Source: a virus
Virus record (IMG/VR): IMGVR_UViG_3300031456_000013
Coordinates: 1-40,256 of that record
Strand: one strand, 5' to 3'
Length of the DNA: 40,256 nt
The notes under the pieces were generated by a model, which was not told the origin of the DNA, did not search any database, and saw only the letters and a program-made list of their open reading frames with translations. The translations under genes were made by a program, and so were the position numbers. Below, piece after piece: positions 14,718-24,327 of the stretch. The first letter of the stretch is position 1. Every line of letters starts with the position of its first letter.

Positions 14718-15071
14718 ATGACAGCGTTAGTTGGATTCCCGTTAGGGACAGTGTACCGGATCACAGACATCACACGAGACTGGCCAGGTGTTGTGACGCT
14801 AGAGTCTGTCGCTGACGCCAATTCTTTCGCTGTAGCCAATGGACAAACTGTAACGATCAGCAAGGTCGAGGGCATGTTCCAGGTGAACGACAATAGATAT
14901 GTGGTAGGCAGCTTAGATACGAATGCCAAGACATTCCAGCTGTACACCAATCAAGGGTTTAGAGTCGATACAAGTGGGTTCAATGCTTACGAAGCAGGTG
15001 GGGAGATCAACATTGTCTCTTACGTCCCACCAGCGGGGCAGCCACCAGGACTCATGTACAACAATCAATAA
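14718..15071 (+). CDS. Small beta-barrel protein paralogous to part of 13913..14653
   Basis: WPGVVTLESVADANSFAVANGQTVTISKVEGMFQVNDNRYVVGSL repeats the module of the previous gene. Confidence 0.7.
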   Translation: MTALVGFPLGTVYRITDITRDWPGVVTLESVADANSFAVANGQTVTISKVEGMFQVNDNRYVVGSLDTNAKTFQLYTNQGFRVDTSGFNAYEAGGEINIVSYVPPAGQPPGLMYNNQ

Positions 15072-15082
15072 AAGGAAACGCA

Positions 15083-15481
15083 ATGGTACTAACAGTAAAG
15101 AAACCAGAGAAGAAGATGCCGGTAGAGCAGTTACAAGAGCAGCATCTAGCGGGCCCAGCAGACGAATCAATTGACGAGGTAGCTGAGGCATTGCAAGAGA
15201 ACCAGGTTGTGATTGTTAACGAGATGCCCAGAGCAGAGAAGGTGACATTCCGCAATCAGAGAGACCCAGGCCATGTACTTGAGTTTCATTATTCCAGCAA
15301 GACTCACCCATTCAAACAGTACAAGCTCGTCGATGGCCAGCAGTATGATTTGCCTATAGAAGTGATTAAGAACCTAGAGCAGTGCAGAGAGAACATAGAG
15401 AAATACCGTCGCAACTCCGAAGGGATACCAGAGATCTACATTGCCGGATACAAGACACACTTCGTTTGTGAGAGGGTCTAA
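15083..15481 (+). CDS. Hypothetical structural-module protein
   Basis: 132 aa, RBS GGAA. TAATG coupling to the next gene. Confidence 0.65.
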   Translation: MVLTVKKPEKKMPVEQLQEQHLAGPADESIDEVAEALQENQVVIVNEMPRAEKVTFRNQRDPGHVLEFHYSSKTHPFKQYKLVDGQQYDLPIEVIKNLEQCRENIEKYRRNSEGIPEIYIAGYKTHFVCERV

Positions 15482-16395
15482 TGGCCAACTGGACTCTTGC
15501 TGATATACGTTCCAAGACTAGAGCTACCACAGGGCGCCCGGATGTCTCGATGATGTCTGATGCCGTGCTGGATGACTATATCAACAAGTACTACCAGTAT
15601 GTCTTGACGAAGGAACTGAAGCTGTTTTGGGGCTATACCTACTATCAGTTCTTCACGCTGCCTAATGTCGATCAGTACGTTGGGCCTACCACATCATTCC
15701 AAACCATCAATCCTCAAGTTTGGTGTGACGGGTTCCCTATAGAGTGGTACCTTTCACCTGAGCTCTTCTACCAGGATTGGCCCCAGCAAGAGAATAAAGC
15801 AGTTGTAGCGACAGGAAATGGAGTTCTGCTTACGTTTCCTTTCAACATCCCTGCGTTTCCTATCATACCCGGGAGTTTATATGTCACAGACGGCAGCCAA
15901 GTTGCGCAAGACGACGGAGCCGGAGGATTCATTTCCCCTGCTAGCGGTGTTATTGATTATGTTACTGGTTCTGTTTCTGTCACATTCGCCGTAGCCCCCG
16001 CCGCCAATGCCAATATTTCCGAAACATCTCAGACCTATATCCCTAACAGACCACAATCGATCCTGTATTTCAAGAGTGGTCCATTAGCCGACGCAACAGC
16101 AGCTTCCCGCGACAACCAGGACTACTTCGTTGTGCGGCCTGTGCCCGATAACGTCTACCTCATCAAAATGCAAGGCATACAGATCCCGCCTGCTTTGACA
16201 AACGCTACTGACGTTCCTTTGCGTGCTGACCTCGGCCCATTGATCGCGTATGGAGCTTCGCTAGAGATTTTCGCAGACTTCAACCAAATGGATCAGTACG
16301 ACCAGGTGATGGTGCAATACAACCGATATAAAGACGTTAGCATGCAGGACACTTACGAGGAGTATTTGTATCAGCGGTCGGTATCAAAATTTTAG
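15481..16395 (+). CDS. Putative head-tail adaptor/connector protein (by position)
   Basis: 304 aa between the capsid module and the tail-tube-like genes. Confidence 0.6.
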   Translation: MANWTLADIRSKTRATTGRPDVSMMSDAVLDDYINKYYQYVLTKELKLFWGYTYYQFFTLPNVDQYVGPTTSFQTINPQVWCDGFPIEWYLSPELFYQDWPQQENKAVVATGNGVLLTFPFNIPAFPIIPGSLYVTDGSQVAQDDGAGGFISPASGVIDYVTGSVSVTFAVAPAANANISETSQTYIPNRPQSILYFKSGPLADATAASRDNQDYFVVRPVPDNVYLIKMQGIQIPPALTNATDVPLRADLGPLIAYGASLEIFADFNQMDQYDQVMVQYNRYKDVSMQDTYEEYLYQRSVSKF

Positions 16396-16403
16396 GAGCA
16401 TAG

Positions 16404-16967
16404 ATGGCTTACACTAATAATGTCCCGCAGGGAAACCAAACAATAGCGTCGACAACAGACCCGATACGTAATAACTTCGCGTTTCTCCAGACCTCTATCG
16501 ACCAAGAGCATAACTTCGACATCACTGACGGGACCAAGACTTACCACAAGAAAGCTTCGATGCCAAACCGTGCGCTTTCACCTGCTTTGCCTGCTGGAAC
16601 TAATGGGGTTTACTTTGTTAGCAGCGGGAAGCCTTACTTCTACGATGGAACGACTAACTACCTATTAACAGGCGCAAACTCAGCAGTCACCATAACAGGC
16701 AGTTTAGTAGGTGGTGCAACAGCCGTGATTCTAGCCGCAGGGAATTGGTTTGGAACTGTAAATGCTTTCATGACAGATGACAATTCACGATATGTTTTCT
16801 GGCAATTCCGTATGGTCGCTGGGGTTTTAGTGAAAAATCAGATGGCATCGGGAGGGTCTAGTTCTATAGATATCGTCCTTGATGGCAGTAGTAATTTAGT
16901 TGTCAAAAACACAGGGGCTAGTCCTCATATCTTTGCAGTACAAGTAATTTACACGAGTGCTACATGA
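16404..16967 (+). CDS. Putative tail tubular protein A-like (by size and order)
   Basis: 187 aa with an AGGAG RBS, directly before a 771-aa protein. This mirrors the T7 gp11/gp12 arrangement. Confidence 0.6.
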   Translation: MAYTNNVPQGNQTIASTTDPIRNNFAFLQTSIDQEHNFDITDGTKTYHKKASMPNRALSPALPAGTNGVYFVSSGKPYFYDGTTNYLLTGANSAVTITGSLVGGATAVILAAGNWFGTVNAFMTDDNSRYVFWQFRMVAGVLVKNQMASGGSSSIDIVLDGSSNLVVKNTGASPHIFAVQVIYTSAT

Positions 16968-19279
16968 CGCGAGAGTACACTGGGTTCCCTATAGCTAACT
17001 TCCGTGTTGGGTTTGACGAAGCTCTAGAACCTTGGATGCTCCCTCGTGATGCATTCCAGGTACTGAAGAACGCGCACCTATACCGAGGAGTTGTCGAGAA
17101 GATCCCTGGTTACTTGCTGTTCGCTACCATGGGCTATAAGGTTGTCACAGTCCCTACAGTTGGAGCTATCAACGGCGCAAACAAAACCTATACCGGTACT
17201 ATAATATCATTCCCTGTCACAACAAACATCACGGTGCAGTCTACTATCAATGCAGGTGCTACCCTTGTCGAGAACTTTATATATGACGGCCCTGGAGTTG
17301 CGCCTGGATCTATCAACCTTATCAGCAACTTAGGGGGTGTTGGAGTTATTCTCTCTGGTGGTCAGTTCACTTTTGTCTTCAACACTGCTCCGGCTGACTT
17401 AACTGTCGGTGGTGTTCAATACAATTCGGTTTTGTTCGCCAGCGATCGTGCTCCAGGAACATTGCGACCTATCATGGGAATCAAGCCATTCCTCAATTCC
17501 AATGGCTCCCAGGATGTGCTGATCTTCGACACTAAAAGAGCCGGTAAGATCGTTGTGTTAGATGAGCCAGTCGCAACAAACGTCTTAGCGGCTAATGGGA
17601 TATCGGAAATTCCTCATGAAACACAGTCGTTAGCGATCACAACCGGGTTCAATAACACAGTAGGGCCATTCACAGGCACAGTTAACACTTTCTTGCTCCC
17701 TGGTTCCGTGCAATTCGACATCTACTTAACAAATTCCACAACCGCCGCTCTATGGACAACTGTTACTGATAACGGCGCCGGACTTCTGACTGACTCTGCC
17801 GCTAAACTCAATCCTGGCGTGCTAAATCTCATCAACTATGCCACAGGTCAATGGACGATGCAATTCGCTATAGGATCTGAACCGCAAGCAGCTTATCAGA
17901 CGAACTTCTCCGGTTGTATATATGGCGATACTTTCACTGGCGACTTCACCAATTTCTTCGATGTCGTCAATTACCAAGGCAAAGCTTTTATCACCAACGC
18001 AGTAGATCCGCCAAGATACTACGATGGCTTCTGCTTAGAGTATCTCAATACCAACCTATCAGCCAAACCGAACACTGTAGCACCATACGACCTGAATAAA
18101 GTCTTGCATGTGTATGTCACTAGGGAACGATTACTGCTGATGGCTCCGTATGTTAACAATGTCCCGGCTTTAAATGCAATCTACTGGTCGACCGCTGGAA
18201 ATCCGCTTGACTTTACGAATGACGAGCAGCTTTTTGCCCCCACATCTGAACCGATAAGGACATTCAGTGAAATCAATTCCGACGTTGTGGTGCGATTTTC
18301 TAACTCCGAGCGCGTGTTTCGTTACACTGGCGATGCATTTAGCCCCTTCCGTTGGGACCCTACAAACGTCATCTGGAGATGTGATGCGCCGTATTCTGCT
18401 ATCAACTATGACTCATGGTTTTCATCTGTTGGGCGCCCTGCAATTGTTGGTTCCGACGGCGTTAATGTCAAACGTGCTGATGAGATTATACCAGACTTCA
18501 CTTTAAACCTGCGTATCGATGAACAGCAGCCGGTCCTTTCTATAGATCAGGGCAGCATAGGTCAGTGTTATGGCGAGAGATACGATGATTTCAAGGAAGG
18601 GTGGCTCTGCTACAGGAACTTCGATGATGACGGCATTTCAGGTGTGAAGCCTTCCAATAGTGTGCTTGCTTTCAACTACCTAGACAGTACCTACGCCGTA
18701 TACACCTTCCCATTCAGTTGCCTTGGTTTCGGTAGGATTATCGCGGAAGACGTCTGGGGGAACAACTTCGATCTATGGCAAGAGGCTAACTACACTTGGG
18801 ACTCGTATTCACAGACAGAAGGCGCATTAATAGACTTGGCAGGAGATCAGAATGGCAAAGTGTATGAATTGGGCACGGGGAATAGCATCACAAGCCCTAA
18901 CGGTACTGTTATTCCATGTCTCTTTGAGGCGATCACGAAAGACTTTAACCCCTTTGTGGAAGGTGGAGAGTTATCGCGATTCGGTTTCGTAGACTTCCTG
19001 GTTAGCTCTAATGACAACACAAACTTTCGGGTGCAGTTCTATAAAGACAATCAGATGGATACCAACTTCAACACCTACTATCAAGAGACAAAGCTAATCC
19101 TCACGGCTAACACGCAATCGAAAGTGTGGAAGCGAATCTATATAGGTGCGGTAGGGAAGGAGCACACCATGCGGATCTACCAGAATGCGGATGACTTCGT
19201 TACTGGAGATGAAAACCAACCGATCAGAATACATGCAATCGTGCCTTACTTCAAAGCAGCGGGGAGGATATTCAACTAA
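16964..19279 (+). CDS. Putative tail tubular protein B / nozzle-like protein (by size and order)
   Basis: 771 aa, beta-rich. ATGA coupling to the upstream gene. Confidence 0.7.
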   Translation: MTREYTGFPIANFRVGFDEALEPWMLPRDAFQVLKNAHLYRGVVEKIPGYLLFATMGYKVVTVPTVGAINGANKTYTGTIISFPVTTNITVQSTINAGATLVENFIYDGPGVAPGSINLISNLGGVGVILSGGQFTFVFNTAPADLTVGGVQYNSVLFASDRAPGTLRPIMGIKPFLNSNGSQDVLIFDTKRAGKIVVLDEPVATNVLAANGISEIPHETQSLAITTGFNNTVGPFTGTVNTFLLPGSVQFDIYLTNSTTAALWTTVTDNGAGLLTDSAAKLNPGVLNLINYATGQWTMQFAIGSEPQAAYQTNFSGCIYGDTFTGDFTNFFDVVNYQGKAFITNAVDPPRYYDGFCLEYLNTNLSAKPNTVAPYDLNKVLHVYVTRERLLLMAPYVNNVPALNAIYWSTAGNPLDFTNDEQLFAPTSEPIRTFSEINSDVVVRFSNSERVFRYTGDAFSPFRWDPTNVIWRCDAPYSAINYDSWFSSVGRPAIVGSDGVNVKRADEIIPDFTLNLRIDEQQPVLSIDQGSIGQCYGERYDDFKEGWLCYRNFDDDGISGVKPSNSVLAFNYLDSTYAVYTFPFSCLGFGRIIAEDVWGNNFDLWQEANYTWDSYSQTEGALIDLAGDQNGKVYELGTGNSITSPNGTVIPCLFEAITKDFNPFVEGGELSRFGFVDFLVSSNDNTNFRVQFYKDNQMDTNFNTYYQETKLILTANTQSKVWKRIYIGAVGKEHTMRIYQNADDFVTGDENQPIRIHAIVPYFKAAGRIFN

Positions 19280-19746
19280 TGAAGCTACAACCCAATTTCA
19301 GCTGGCAGAAGTATGAAGGCAAGCCAGAGGACCAGAAGGAACAGTTCCAGTACCAACTTCAGAGCCAGCACATACAAGTGGCTAATTCAGTTAACGCGAC
19401 GATTGATGACGAGAGCTATTGGACTAGACAGCGGCAGACAGCGTTCACTTGGATAGATGGTAAGGCGATTTGGACGAAGACAATTACGGGAGTCATAGTT
19501 GGCACAGCGATTACTTCATATCCTCATGGCATCACCAACATAGACAAAGTAGTCGCGCTCGAAGGTTCTGCACAGGATGCATTGCCTATGGCCATTTTCG
19601 CGATACCGTTGCCGCACATATCTCCTACCGTGTTGCTCAATAGTATAGGTATATTTGCTGACCCGGTGAATATAAACCTTAATGTGGGGAACAACGCTTT
19701 CGCAGGTTATGTGTTCAGCGCCACCATCTATTACACAAAGACTTGA
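19279..19746 (+). CDS. Virion structural protein
   Basis: 155 aa. FTWIDGKAIWTKTI ... IYYTK resembles a common small fibre/tail-associated phage domain. TAATG coupling. Confidence 0.65.
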   Translation: MKLQPNFSWQKYEGKPEDQKEQFQYQLQSQHIQVANSVNATIDDESYWTRQRQTAFTWIDGKAIWTKTITGVIVGTAITSYPHGITNIDKVVALEGSAQDALPMAIFAIPLPHISPTVLLNSIGIFADPVNINLNVGNNAFAGYVFSATIYYTKT

Positions 19747-19754
19747 GGTAAGAA

Positions 19755-20252
19755 ATGTCATTTAAGAGCTTCCTGTTTGGGACTAAAGGTAAAGCTGAGT
19801 CATTAAACACACTAACTCCTGAACAGAAACAGTTGATGGAATTGATTAACCAGGGATTGACTAGCGGCGAAGGACCTTTCGGAGAACTGTTTGGGAATTT
19901 TAACCAGCAGAAGTTCCAGGAAGGTGTAGCGAATCCTGCTATGAAGAACTTCCAGGAGGAGATACTGCCGCAGTTACAAGAGAAGTTCATCGCAGGCAAC
20001 CAAGTGTTAGGGTCCGGCATGCGTCGTGGCCAGTTGAAAGCCGGAGTTGACCTGCAAGACAAGTTAGCGCAGCTGATGTACGGAGCACAGAAGGACCAAG
20101 CACAGAATAAACTCGCGGGCCTTCAGACAGTGATGGGGACTAAGGGTATAGAGAATATTTACAAGCCAGGTACCAAAGGAACAGTGCAAGGTATGGCTGA
20201 AGGATTTGCGCAAGGTGCAGGTCAAGCGGCAGGCACAGCGGCAATGGGTTAA
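19755..20252 (+). CDS. Putative internal virion / ejection protein (gp14-like position)
   Basis: 165 aa, G/Q/A-rich with a hydrophobic C-terminus (GAGQAAGTAAMG). Confidence 0.55.
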   Translation: MSFKSFLFGTKGKAESLNTLTPEQKQLMELINQGLTSGEGPFGELFGNFNQQKFQEGVANPAMKNFQEEILPQLQEKFIAGNQVLGSGMRRGQLKAGVDLQDKLAQLMYGAQKDQAQNKLAGLQTVMGTKGIENIYKPGTKGTVQGMAEGFAQGAGQAAGTAAMG

Positions 20253-20262
20253 GGGGTAAGAA

Positions 20263-21417
20263 ATGGTCACGGTAGTTCCAGCAGATGAAGGATGGGGAGA
20301 GGCTTTTAGTAAGTTCGGACAGGGATTTAGCCAAGGAGCTATGAACCGATCCGACCAGAAAGCTCTACAGAAAGCGATAGATGACCTGCCGCCGAATGCA
20401 GACCCAAGAGATGTTTTGAAGGCTGTTACAAATGTAAGAACATACGATAATAAAGCTAAGCAAGACTTTTTAAAGAGCTCATTAGAGGTTGATAAATACC
20501 GACAGCACTTCGAAGAAACACAGAAGAAACATCAACTGCAAGAGGTTAAAGCGAAAGAAAAAGAATCGAAGCGGATGGCGGAAGAGAAGAAAGCGCAGAA
20601 CGAAAGAGAAGTAGCTGATTCTTTAATAGACAACGCCAATATCCCCGATGAACAAAAGCAAGCTCTAAGAGGCAAGATCGGTACTAATACAGCCGCAGCA
20701 CTTGCAACCAAGAACGCTGACGCTAGTGAGTATGAAATAGCAAAGAACCAATCTAAAAGGTTTGAGCCCGAGGTGGATTATTACCATAAGAAAGCGTTAG
20801 AAGCAAAACAGTTAATGCCAATAACAGAAGCCACTATCCTAAATAACGAGAAGTATGGTGGATTGGAGAAAACTTGGGACACCGCGCTGGATGCAATCAA
20901 TAGTTCCTTCCTAAATCAATTCAAAAGCAAAACTGGCCAAGAGTTAGAAGCTTACACTCCCGTATCTGTTGCTGGTTTTGGTACTAAGATGGGAGGACAA
21001 ATGACTGACAAGCGAATGCAGTTGATAAGCAAAAAGGCGGTTGGTTTAGGAAGAGATCAAAATGCTAATAGATTATTTTTATACTTGGATTACTACGATA
21101 GAAAGTTAGATATGTTACGGAATGACTTTGCTAACGAGATAATCTCTGAGAATAAATATGGTCTTCCTCCTAAAGATTTGGACAAGCAATTAGATAAAAA
21201 GATGGCCCCATACCAGAAGATGATCGGGAAGGACATCGACAATCTACTAAATGACAAGCGCCCAACCTCTGAGATGTCGCAAATGTCGGTAGTGCAGCAA
21301 TACAAACAAGAGCTACAGCCAGGTGAAGTGTTGGTTGTGTCGCCAGATGGAGCTACTTGGGCTTTGACGGAAGAAGAGCTGAAGATGCCTGAATACAAAA
21401 AATACAAGAGGCTTTAA
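20263..21417 (+). CDS. Putative internal virion / ejection protein (gp15-like position)
   Basis: 384 aa, K/E-rich helical. Confidence 0.55.
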   Translation: MVTVVPADEGWGEAFSKFGQGFSQGAMNRSDQKALQKAIDDLPPNADPRDVLKAVTNVRTYDNKAKQDFLKSSLEVDKYRQHFEETQKKHQLQEVKAKEKESKRMAEEKKAQNEREVADSLIDNANIPDEQKQALRGKIGTNTAAALATKNADASEYEIAKNQSKRFEPEVDYYHKKALEAKQLMPITEATILNNEKYGGLEKTWDTALDAINSSFLNQFKSKTGQELEAYTPVSVAGFGTKMGGQMTDKRMQLISKKAVGLGRDQNANRLFLYLDYYDRKLDMLRNDFANEIISENKYGLPPKDLDKQLDKKMAPYQKMIGKDIDNLLNDKRPTSEMSQMSVVQQYKQELQPGEVLVVSPDGATWALTEEELKMPEYKKYKRL

Positions 21418-21419
21418 CT

Positions 21420-24281
21420 ATGGCGCGGCGATTAGGGATGCAGACAGAGGAGCCGATTCAGGAAGAAGAAGCTCAACAGCAACCTCCTATGCAACAGCCT
21501 GCCGAAGAATCACCACTACCGGAGCAAGAAGTCGCAGCGGAGGAACCACAACAACCGCAGCAAGAGCAACAGCAGCAGGAACCAAGACAAGGGCCACGTC
21601 TCATTGCGAAGCCAGCAGAGGCACAACAACCAGAACAGCAGCAAGAGCCTGGATACTGGGAGACTTTCAAGAAGGGATTCAATCGGTCGGCTTCAGGTGC
21701 AACAGCGCAGTTGTTTGGAGATGCTATCAATGAACAAGAAGACAAGCCGCAAGGGTTCTGGAAGAGTGTGATTCAGGAGAGCGGCACTTTGATAGGCGAC
21801 GCTCCCTTCATGGGTATTGGCGCTTCTATGGGAGCTGCTATGAGTGGCGGTAACCCCTTCGTTGCAGCGGCTACTGTTCCTTTCTCTGCTATGGCTATGC
21901 CTGCGTTTCTGAAAGAAGCTACGAGACAGTACCGAGCATTCCAAGATGGTGGCGGTGATTTGTCGTTCGGTGAGTTCTTAGATAGGGCGGATCAAGTAGC
22001 GAACAAGACTCTGAACGAAGGCCTGTTTGGGGTGATGTTGGGAGCTATAAAGAAGTCCGTCCCATTGCTTGAGAAGATCCCCGGAGTGAAGCAGCTCTTT
22101 GACACGCGATACATAGGCGGAGTAGCGAGAGAAGCAGCGACAATCGGAGCAGAGACAGCAGCAGCAACAGGCGTACCGGCAGCAATTGAAGGTAGGCTAC
22201 CAACACAAGAGGAAGTGGCTAGAGCTGGAGTGTTGTTTGCTGGAGGAAGAGCCACTGAGTTACCTGGGCAGCTGATGGATGTGATAAAGGATTCCAAGTC
22301 ACAGAAATTCAACTACGCTCTGGCGGACAATATTGAGAACCTGGACCTTGCATACCCTTCGATCAAAGAGTTTAAGAAAGGCGAGAATCCGATCTACAAG
22401 AACAGCGCTGCGCTAGACAGGAACCTCACTGCATTCGATGAGTCTTATATTGGCAACGTCATCTCTAAAATCAACTCCCTATCAGACACACAGTTCGCTT
22501 CAGCACACGAGGCAGGACAACAGATGTACAAGATGCTGGCTCCTAATGGCCTTCCTAAGAATCCGCCAGGCGGTCCACCTCCACCTCCCGGAAGTGCTCC
22601 ACCTGCTAGACCTACAAGGCGCGTGGTTCCTTTGACACAAAACCCATTACAGCAAGCGGTAGAAACAATCTCTCCTCAAGTGGCGCCAAGTAAAGCGGAA
22701 TTGGGAAGAAGGGTAACGAAAGAGTACGAAGCAGCTAGGGAGCGAGATTACAAGCCTCTAAAGCAACGGTATAAATCGCTAGACGAACAAGTGCATGGGT
22801 TGACAGTTGTAGACCAAGACATACCCGCAAGGATTAGTGAATTTGCGGATAGATTTGAAGGTAGCGTTATTCCTGGTTCCTCCTCTCAATTGGTAGTCAA
22901 TACAGCTAGAAGAATGGAGAGACTGTTTGAGCAGCTAGACGAGGAAGGAAACGTCAGCGGCTATAACGAAGTCCCAATCAGAACAATCATGCAAACCAAC
23001 AGAGCAATCAAAGAGATCCCCAATTGGGACGTTCCTCCGGAGATGAAGCAGAACCTACACGAGTTAACAGCATTCATGGACGAAGCTATAGCAGGTCACA
23101 TAGGCAACTACTCTACCGAACTAGGCCAAGAGTACACCGAATTGAACCGTGACTACGCGATGTTTAAGAACCGCTATGACAACAGAGACATGCGCATCTT
23201 CTACGACAGGACAGAGAACAGCGAAGCAGTAGCCACACGTTTCACGAACCTAGATGAATTCACACAACTGGTTCAAGCGTTAGAAGGTTCGCCACAGGGA
23301 GAGGAAGTGCTCAACCTAGTGCGAAGAGAAGCGTGGCAGAACAAGTTAGGACGCGAAGCACTGACTGCACGAACCGAAGGGGACTTTGAAGCGGCGACAG
23401 CTAAGTTCAGCGACCGGGAGTTTAATGACTTGATGGAATACCTAACGCCGCAGCAGAGACAAATAGCTGTGACGGCAATGGATCACTCTAACCAGATAAG
23501 AGATTCAGCGATCCGTAGTGAGGCTCAGTTCAGTGCAGACAAAGACCAATACGCGCAAGAGAAGCAACAATGGCAACGAGCAGAGCGAGAAAGGAAGCAA
23601 GACGAGAAAGAGGCTTCGAAGAAAGTCCAAACGAAACAAGACTTGCTAGTGTCCCTGCTGAAGAATGACCCAGCTACTTTTGTTGGCAATATGAAGACGA
23701 TAGAGGGAATCAAACGTGTCAAGGAAGCTGCTAAGAATGTCGAAGGTGGAAAAGCTCTGTACGACTCATTAGCAAGGTTCGAGACAGAGAACATGTTTAG
23801 TTTCATGAAGGAAGGCTATCTCAAATCTGGCCGTGTTCCCTATACCGACATGAAGATACAGCTCCAAAACCGAGAGTTCCGTTCCAAGCTTAAAGAACTC
23901 AATGGCGAGAAGTTCGTAGAACACATGGATGAGCTTGTAAAGACCGCAGACCACCTATCCGACAACTTTAAAGAGATCAAGGTGAAGTTCAAAGACGATG
24001 AAGTAGCCATGAACAATATCCTTAAGGTTTACTCACTACTAGGTTTGGTACAAGGGGATGTGTTCACGCCATTGATGGCCTACACTGCTAAGAAGAACCT
24101 GCTCAAGATCGGCGGTAAACTGCAAAACATGTGGTCCGACAAGAGAGCTTATGACCCTGAGTTTGTGCGACATACCATTAGTGCAGCGAGAGCAGGGAGC
24201 AAAGGAAATAAAGCAGAGCTGGCTAGGCAAGTAGCGCTCGTTTCGCCACCACAACCACCACTTAGGATGAATAGACAGTAA
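21420..24281 (+). CDS. Large internal virion / ejection protein (gp16-like position)
   Basis: 953 aa. Q/P/E low-complexity N-terminus, hydrophobic G/A-rich segment (GIGASMGAAMSGGNPFVAAATVPFSAMAMPAF), proline run GGPPPPPGSAPPARP. Confidence 0.65.
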   Translation: MARRLGMQTEEPIQEEEAQQQPPMQQPAEESPLPEQEVAAEEPQQPQQEQQQQEPRQGPRLIAKPAEAQQPEQQQEPGYWETFKKGFNRSASGATAQLFGDAINEQEDKPQGFWKSVIQESGTLIGDAPFMGIGASMGAAMSGGNPFVAAATVPFSAMAMPAFLKEATRQYRAFQDGGGDLSFGEFLDRADQVANKTLNEGLFGVMLGAIKKSVPLLEKIPGVKQLFDTRYIGGVAREAATIGAETAAATGVPAAIEGRLPTQEEVARAGVLFAGGRATELPGQLMDVIKDSKSQKFNYALADNIENLDLAYPSIKEFKKGENPIYKNSAALDRNLTAFDESYIGNVISKINSLSDTQFASAHEAGQQMYKMLAPNGLPKNPPGGPPPPPGSAPPARPTRRVVPLTQNPLQQAVETISPQVAPSKAELGRRVTKEYEAARERDYKPLKQRYKSLDEQVHGLTVVDQDIPARISEFADRFEGSVIPGSSSQLVVNTARRMERLFEQLDEEGNVSGYNEVPIRTIMQTNRAIKEIPNWDVPPEMKQNLHELTAFMDEAIAGHIGNYSTELGQEYTELNRDYAMFKNRYDNRDMRIFYDRTENSEAVATRFTNLDEFTQLVQALEGSPQGEEVLNLVRREAWQNKLGREALTARTEGDFEAATAKFSDREFNDLMEYLTPQQRQIAVTAMDHSNQIRDSAIRSEAQFSADKDQYAQEKQQWQRAERERKQDEKEASKKVQTKQDLLVSLLKNDPATFVGNMKTIEGIKRVKEAAKNVEGGKALYDSLARFETENMFSFMKEGYLKSGRVPYTDMKIQLQNREFRSKLKELNGEKFVEHMDELVKTADHLSDNFKEIKVKFKDDEVAMNNILKVYSLLGLVQGDVFTPLMAYTAKKNLLKIGGKLQNMWSDKRAYDPEFVRHTISAARAGSKGNKAELARQVALVSPPQPPLRMNRQ

Positions 24282-24327
24282 AAAAATTTTGTCATACTGT
24301 AAAGAAATTATTTGAAAGGAGAAAATC

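Noticed and set aside
21473-22312. Cys-rich and other minus-strand ORFs in the 5' part of the 953-aa gene (21473..21745, 21693..21944, 21992..22312)
   Set aside because: The C/S/G-rich translation is the reverse complement of the CAG/CAA-rich Q tract. They are antisense to a strong coding frame.
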